A model generated the notes under the pieces. It saw nothing but the letters and a program-made list of their open reading frames with translations. It was not told the DNA's origin and ran no database searches. Positions 59,201 through 64,000 of a DNA stretch of 64,000 nucleotides are shown in pieces (position 1 is the first letter of the stretch; each line of letters begins with the position of its first letter). This stretch comes from a virus. The stretch covers positions 12,757 to 76,756 of the IMG/VR virus record IMGVR_UViG_3300041405_000060. One strand, given 5' to 3'. A program made the translations under genes and the position numbers.

Positions 59201-59566
59201 ATGGACGCCCTGCTCGCTGTTTCACCCTACATCGAATTGTTCTTTCTACTTTGCATTGGTCATGCGCTTGCGGATTATCCTTGGCAGGGTGAATTCGTAT
59301 CGCAAGCCAAAAACCGTAATACTGCTGTTGGTAAGATTTATTGGAAGTGGGTGTTGCCGCAACACGGGTTGATTCATGCGTTACCTGTTTACATGGTGAC
59401 CAGTTCTTTTGTTCTGGCCTTAGCTGAATTTGTTTGCCATACCACTATTGACTGGTTATCGTGTGAGCGGAAGATTAGTTTCAACACTGATCAATGGCTG
59501 CATTTGGGTTGCAAGATTTTGTGGGTAGTGTTGCTTGCATTAGAACTACCCTTCCTGATGGAATGA
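59201..59566 (+). CDS. DUF3307 family membrane protein
   Basis: GHALADYPWQ, HGLIH, HTTIDW and DQWLH motifs. Confidence 0.85.
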   Translation: MDALLAVSPYIELFFLLCIGHALADYPWQGEFVSQAKNRNTAVGKIYWKWVLPQHGLIHALPVYMVTSSFVLALAEFVCHTTIDWLSCERKISFNTDQWLHLGCKILWVVLLALELPFLME

Positions 59567-59610
59567 CATAAAGGCTACCCTTCGGGGTAGCCAATATGCC
59601 TTATTTTTTT
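59565..59610 (+). terminator. Hairpin terminator (CATA...TATG family)
   Basis: GACATAAA-GGCTACCC-TTCG-GGGTAGCC-AATATGCC-TTATTTTTTT. Confidence 0.8.
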
Positions 59611-59630
59611 ATTTAAACCATTTAAAGGGC

Positions 59631-59638
59631 TATATTAC
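59631..59638 (+). promoter_or_regulatory. Early promoter motif TATATTAC
   Basis: ATTTAAACCATTTAAAGGGC-TATATTAC-T. Confidence 0.75.
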
Positions 59639-59677
59639 TTTCCTGACAATTCAGTCAAAAAAGCTAAGGAGCTTCAA

Positions 59678-60010
59678 ATGAGTGTTGTTAAAACCAGCGT
59701 TACCCTGGTAATTGGTACCGTGCTCGGCGTAGCACTGAAATTCGCCAAAGATTTCAACGATGATCGAAAGATTGTCGACCAATCCATCGCTAAGATTAGC
59801 GGTGAGTTGGAAGCCGCCCTGCCCGGCTTAAAGGCAGAAGCAAGTACCTCGGATACACCCGAGCGTACTTGGGATGAGGGCGTATCGTCTGTCCTATTCG
59901 GACGGTCATACGGAGCCATCGAAGATGGCTATTACTCCTCCTGGGTTAAGGAGCGAGTAAGTGAGGCGCTCTGGGCGCTTTACAATGAGAAAAAGATTTA
60001 CCAGGCCTAA
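59678..60010 (+). CDS. Early protein with N-terminal TM anchor
   Basis: RBS TAAGGAG; VTLVIGTVLGVAL. Confidence 0.7.
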   Translation: MSVVKTSVTLVIGTVLGVALKFAKDFNDDRKIVDQSIAKISGELEAALPGLKAEASTSDTPERTWDEGVSSVLFGRSYGAIEDGYYSSWVKERVSEALWALYNEKKIYQA

Positions 60011-60019
60011 CGGCAAAAT

Positions 60020-60059
60020 GGCCTACCCTTCGGGGTAGGCCTTCCATTAATTTTTTTTT
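60020..60059. terminator. Hairpin terminator between convergent genes
   Basis: GGCCTACCC-TTCG-GGGTAGGCC plus a T-run. Confidence 0.8.
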
Positions 60060-60285
60060 ATTGGTCTAGCTCGTCTCGTATATCTTTTACATCTTGACCA
60101 ACTGCGATGACTTCCTCTAATAACCAACCTGTGTTATTATCGAGTCGTTCATTCAGTTCATCAATCTGATCTGACATCTTTGACATTACAATAGCGGTAC
60201 CCACCATAGTGGCTAATGCTAATAGGGAACCGCCAGTAACTGCGACCATCGGTAAGTTTCTTTCAAGCCATGATTCGTGTTTCAT
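60058..60285 (-). CDS. Small TM plus coiled-coil protein
   Basis: RBS GGAGG before ATG 60285. Confidence 0.6.
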   Translation of the reverse strand: MKHESWLERNLPMVAVTGGSLLALATMVGTAIVMSKMSDQIDELNERLDNNTGWLLEEVIAVGQDVKDIRDELDQ

Positions 60286-60367
60286 AGGACCTCCATTCAT
60301 TTACATGATTAGGGATTCCTGTTCAATCTCATGTAGCATAAAAGAATCCCCATATAAGGAGGGGGTC

Positions 60368-60850
60368 ATGGTAATCTCGCATAACACTGTCCAACAGATC
60401 GATGAGCAAACTCGTAAGGGCTTACCGATCGGATATTATGGAAAGGCAGACGTCTTGTCTGAAGTTCCACGGATGCTGGGCGATTGGAACATTCGCACCA
60501 TTGGCGACACCCGGTGCCCTGGCACTGGTTATATTGTCGCCGTACCATCAAATGCTCGGACTCGCGGTATCTACACGGAAGGGCGCTTAACCTGGCTCAA
60601 GGCACTCGGATACGACCATGACCTTGCAGTAAGGTATATTAGAGCCGGTATGGTAGTGAGTCGTAAGTGGGACCACGAAGTAGCGTTGTTTGTATTGAAC
60701 AACATCAAAATGGATGAGTACGTGTTGAATTTAATGCTGGCCAGCAATAACCCTAAAAAGGTTGGTGAGCGGTATGATATCTTCACACGTAGCACTCGTG
60801 GTAAAGTGTTAGCTGCCTGTCAGATTCTCAAGAACTTGTTGACACATTAA
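60368..60850 (+). CDS. Hypothetical protein
   Basis: RBS TAAGGAGG before ATG 60368. Confidence 0.7.
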   Translation: MVISHNTVQQIDEQTRKGLPIGYYGKADVLSEVPRMLGDWNIRTIGDTRCPGTGYIVAVPSNARTRGIYTEGRLTWLKALGYDHDLAVRYIRAGMVVSRKWDHEVALFVLNNIKMDEYVLNLMLASNNPKKVGERYDIFTRSTRGKVLAACQILKNLLTH

Positions 60851-60851
60851 T

Positions 60852-60879
60852 GGGTCTCCCTTCGGGGAGGCTTTATTTT
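60852..60879 (+). terminator. Intrinsic terminator
   Basis: GGGTCTCCC-TTCG-GGGAGGCTT-TATTTT. Confidence 0.75.
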
Positions 60880-60917
60880 GCATCCTATTAATATGTATTC
60901 AATCAAGAGAATCCAAC

Positions 60918-61349
60918 ATGAACTTTTTCCTCGACTGCGAGTTCGAAGATGCTACTCGTACGTTAATCTCTGCTGCCTTAGTCAGTGAAGATGGACAACG
61001 AGAATTCTACGAAGTCCTGCCGCACTCCCTCATTACAGATGAGTGGGTAAAAGCTAACGTCATTCCGATCTTACAGAAAGCACCAATCACAACTGAGCAG
61101 TTTAATGCTAAGTTGAAAACGTTTGTAGATCAGTTCCCTGGCATGACGATTATTGCAGATCACATCAACGATATCGCTTACTTCTCCCGCGCCTTAGACT
61201 TAGGCATGGGCAAGTGGATTATGATCCAACCATTGAACTTTATTGTCGATGACGATCTATCTGCCAAGAAGTCAAAAATTCTTCACAACGCCCTTTTTGA
61301 CGCACGAGCAATTCGTGACAGTTTCTTAGTTAAGGAAGGGTTGGCTTAA
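60918..61349 (+). CDS. DEDDh 3'-5' exonuclease (Rv2179c/RNase AS-like)
   Basis: FFLDCEF...WVKANVIP...D...HNALFDAR. Confidence 0.85.
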   Translation: MNFFLDCEFEDATRTLISAALVSEDGQREFYEVLPHSLITDEWVKANVIPILQKAPITTEQFNAKLKTFVDQFPGMTIIADHINDIAYFSRALDLGMGKWIMIQPLNFIVDDDLSAKKSKILHNALFDARAIRDSFLVKEGLA

Positions 61350-61370
61350 ATACCTTTATGGAACCTCCTC

Positions 61371-62024
61371 ATGTCAAACAACTACAAACGAATGACGTCA
61401 CGCCCTAACCGTAAGAACCGTCCTGAGACTTTGCTGCGGTTGCTGATGTCTACGTCTTATCCACACGCTACACTTGCTGATCTGATGTTTGCTTTCTCTC
61501 GTCACTCGGGTCCAGTTGATCAAGAGGAACTTGATACATTGGCTGATGAGATGACCGCAGTTGAACGTCAATTCGGTATGACTGATTTCATCCGTACGGT
61601 TGAGATCCTGCGTAACAAAGATCAAGTCACTATTGTTATCCGTGCACTGGACATCGATCCATCGGTTCGTGAGATCATCGATAACAACTCCACTCACGTT
61701 GAACTGGCTCGTGTAGCATTTCATTTGGCTTCTCCTGATGCCCAACTGAATGACATTGATACGCTGGCAGAACAATTGATCCTGATGTTCCGTAAGGCAC
61801 AACAAGACAATATCCGTTCTGATCGGAAGTGGCGTCTGAGACAGCGTCCTACCTCTAAGGGCAATGCGAAGCTGGGTAATGCTGAAGTACCAGCAGTAGA
61901 AGAAGCAATCGATCATCGCACAGCGGTAGCACTGCTGTCTGCTTCTCTGGCTAAGCAACGTTTTCATGTTGTGTTAACTCATAACACGATTCTGTTGTTT
62001 GATCAGCAACGCAGCTTGAAATGA
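61371..62024 (+). CDS. Hypothetical protein
   Basis: 217 aa; upstream TATG. Confidence 0.7.
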   Translation: MSNNYKRMTSRPNRKNRPETLLRLLMSTSYPHATLADLMFAFSRHSGPVDQEELDTLADEMTAVERQFGMTDFIRTVEILRNKDQVTIVIRALDIDPSVREIIDNNSTHVELARVAFHLASPDAQLNDIDTLAEQLILMFRKAQQDNIRSDRKWRLRQRPTSKGNAKLGNAEVPAVEEAIDHRTAVALLSASLAKQRFHVVLTHNTILLFDQQRSLK

Positions 62025-62059
62025 CATATTAGCCTTCCCCAACGGGAAGGCTTTATGCC
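62023..62059. terminator. Bidirectional hairpin (CATA...TATG family)
   Basis: GACATATT-AGCCTTCCC-CAAC-GGGAAGGCT-TTATGCC. Confidence 0.75.
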
Positions 62060-62060
62060 A

Positions 62061-63914
62061 TTAGATCTTGGTAGTGCTATTCGCACCAATCACCCAAGTA
62101 CCGGTGCCACGTTTATCAACAACCTTACGTCCTTGATAAAAGAAAGCTGCTGCCTTACTAGCACTGGTTACCCATGAGCCAACGCCATCATTTACCCACC
62201 AGGTGTAAACAGTGTTATTGTCCGCTTGGATTACGGTATCTGCTTGAGTTGGGTTAGCTGGTTTATTAGCTGCCCAATCTGCTGCGTTAGTAGCGATCCA
62301 TAAATTACAGGACCCAGGGATGCCCGTCAGTGCTCGATTGATTCGAGTCAATACACGTGGCCACAAACCAAAAGCATTACCTGTAGTTTCATCCGCATCA
62401 CGGAATAACTTATTGGCATGTTGCCAGAATTGCTTCACGGCCTCTACTTTTGTTAGCCCTGCATATTCCGGTAGAGCAACAAGCGCTTTACCCAATCCTG
62501 CCACTTGTGTATAACCGGATTTAACAGCTGATACATCTGGGTTTTGTACAACTGACTCAACGTTGTAAATAAACGGTAACTCAATTGAAAATCCAATTGT
62601 GTCGGTTGGCAAGTAGTTAAAGGAGGAGTTAGTTCCTGAGCACCACTTAGCGGTCATTACGTTGTTTGATAACTGGAAGGTGCCATGTGCTTCACCATTA
62701 CGGGTAATGCGTCCAGTCATAGTTGGTGGGTTAGCCACGTTGTAAAGCAAACTAAAGTCAAAAGCCCGTTTGACCGTAGATACCGTTTGTCCCATGTTTT
62801 GTCCACGGGTGTTTTGCAACAGTAGATTTGAAGGATCAATCAGGTCATATCGGAAAGGCCGAACAATAATTGAGCCATCGTTCATTTGTGCTAACGGGTT
62901 AAGCCGATGTGTACCTGCAGTTGTCAGGTTATACGTCTGTACCACTGCTGGGTTCACTGCGTCAGCTGCATGGTCATCAACAAATACAATAGATTCGGAG
63001 ACCATCCCGATGATGTATTCATCGTTGCCAATGTTAGCAAAGAGTGGGTGATCTCCATTTTCTGCTCGGATATCCCCAACTAATACAGGTGTACGATCGT
63101 AGTTGCCTGAGAAGTATGCTCCATAAGGAGCAGCCATCAGAATAGCATCTGATGCAAAGACAGTGCGCCGAGCAACCGCGTCAGCTACAGAGCTGTACAC
63201 GTCACCACAGTGATCCGTAATGATGAATAACCCATTACCAGCGGCACGGTAAGTTGCTACTTCCGCAGGAGTTCGCGCAGTCATACGTGAAGTCTGATCG
63301 TAGATCGGATACGATGACAGGAATACCACCATGCAAAATTGATCCAGGAATGAAAACGGTAGATCAATCTGGTTGTTTGCGAAATCATCCGCACCCATTA
63401 CCGTTGCGACAAATCCGGCAATAGAAACAGTTGGCAACCACGAATCGGCCATACCTGAACCTTGGAGGTTGGATGGGCCGATGTTATTCTTCATGCTGTA
63501 TTTGTGGTTGAAGCTGTCTCCAGCGACGGTGTTACCCACAATAAGGATCTTGTTATTTCCCGACGCTACCTTGGTCGGGTTAGCACAGAACTTTAGTGCG
63601 TTGTGAAAGAACTTACACGAACCATTCAGTTGAGCGAAGGTCGTTGGTACAGGAGCAGCATTAACGTTGGAGTTATAGTACTTAGGGAAACCCCCATCGT
63701 AAACAACGTTTCCGCGCCCGTCTTGTGTTACGGCTAAGAATGGACGCCGGACCTGTGTGTTGGGATCTTTGTCGTAAGCGATAATTTCCGAGAACACTGG
63801 CGATACATCGTCACGGGTAATAATTGCCTTTCGTACGTTAGGTGGGAAAGTAATGTTAACCGTGATTGCACCGCCGTAATACCCAGGCTTCTTATCTGTG
63901 GTAATATCAGCCAT
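62061..63914 (-). CDS. Putative virion structural/adsorption protein
   Basis: 617 aa, Asn/Thr/Gly-rich; RBS AAGGT; N-terminal GNVVYDGGFPKYYN; fibre-like C-terminus. Confidence 0.6.
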   Translation of the reverse strand: MADITTDKKPGYYGGAITVNITFPPNVRKAIITRDDVSPVFSEIIAYDKDPNTQVRRPFLAVTQDGRGNVVYDGGFPKYYNSNVNAAPVPTTFAQLNGSCKFFHNALKFCANPTKVASGNNKILIVGNTVAGDSFNHKYSMKNNIGPSNLQGSGMADSWLPTVSIAGFVATVMGADDFANNQIDLPFSFLDQFCMVVFLSSYPIYDQTSRMTARTPAEVATYRAAGNGLFIITDHCGDVYSSVADAVARRTVFASDAILMAAPYGAYFSGNYDRTPVLVGDIRAENGDHPLFANIGNDEYIIGMVSESIVFVDDHAADAVNPAVVQTYNLTTAGTHRLNPLAQMNDGSIIVRPFRYDLIDPSNLLLQNTRGQNMGQTVSTVKRAFDFSLLYNVANPPTMTGRITRNGEAHGTFQLSNNVMTAKWCSGTNSSFNYLPTDTIGFSIELPFIYNVESVVQNPDVSAVKSGYTQVAGLGKALVALPEYAGLTKVEAVKQFWQHANKLFRDADETTGNAFGLWPRVLTRINRALTGIPGSCNLWIATNAADWAANKPANPTQADTVIQADNNTVYTWWVNDGVGSWVTSASKAAAFFYQGRKVVDKRGTGTWVIGANSTTKI

Positions 63915-63923
63915 GGGGATACC

Positions 63924-64000
63924 TTATTTCTTCACAGGGGTATTAAAACGAGCGTAATATTTCAACGACGTGGTGTGTTTGTTTGTAATGGTCAATACAC
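63924..64000 (-). CDS. 3' end of a gene entering from beyond the window
   Basis: Open frame ...VLTITNKHTTSLKYYARFNTPVKK-stop just upstream of the 63914 start. Confidence 0.45.
   Translation of the reverse strand, partial: VLTITNKHTTSLKYYARFNTPVKK

Noticed and set aside
2525-62059. CRISPR array or IS/MITE explanation for the repeated hairpins
   Set aside because: The copies are dispersed singly at gene ends with no regular spacers, target-site duplications or transposase.
1-64000. Alternative genetic code, tRNA or rRNA genes
   Set aside because: Core genes translate full-length with the standard code, and no cloverleaf or rRNA-like segment fits in the short intergenic gaps.

Overview
The window is part of a phiKZ-like (Chimalliviridae-type, nucleus-forming) jumbo myophage genome, probably Pseudomonas-infecting; the host is an inference. 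Gene order follows roughly the phiKZ gp149-gp188 region. From left to right it holds: a collagen-repeat tail fibre (5'-truncated) and its chaperone; a four-paralogue virion protein cassette; a split virion RNA polymerase (beta-C, beta-N, beta'-DFDGD and beta'-C pieces); UvsX/RecA; RNase H; a candidate two-component spanin; inner-head proteins with S/A/G-x-E cleavage sites; PAAR plus central spike; an SbcC/Rad50 ATPase; the prohead protease; a 2334-aa tail protein with a lytic transglycosylase domain; thymidylate kinase; a DUF3307 protein; and a DEDDh exonuclease. Six TATAT(T/C)AC early-type promoters drive small 'early islands' of unknown genes. About 20 intergenic hairpins occur, many sharing an unusual CATA...TATG outer stem. 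No tRNA, rRNA, CRISPR array, intron or transposase was recognised. phiKZ gp numbers come from recalled synteny and motifs, not from a search. The strongest leads are the conserved two-tier hairpin family, the putative lectin-fold paralogue cassette, the spanin pair, tandem foldon-like motifs in the fibre, and early operons of tiny membrane proteins. None is proven novel from sequence alone.
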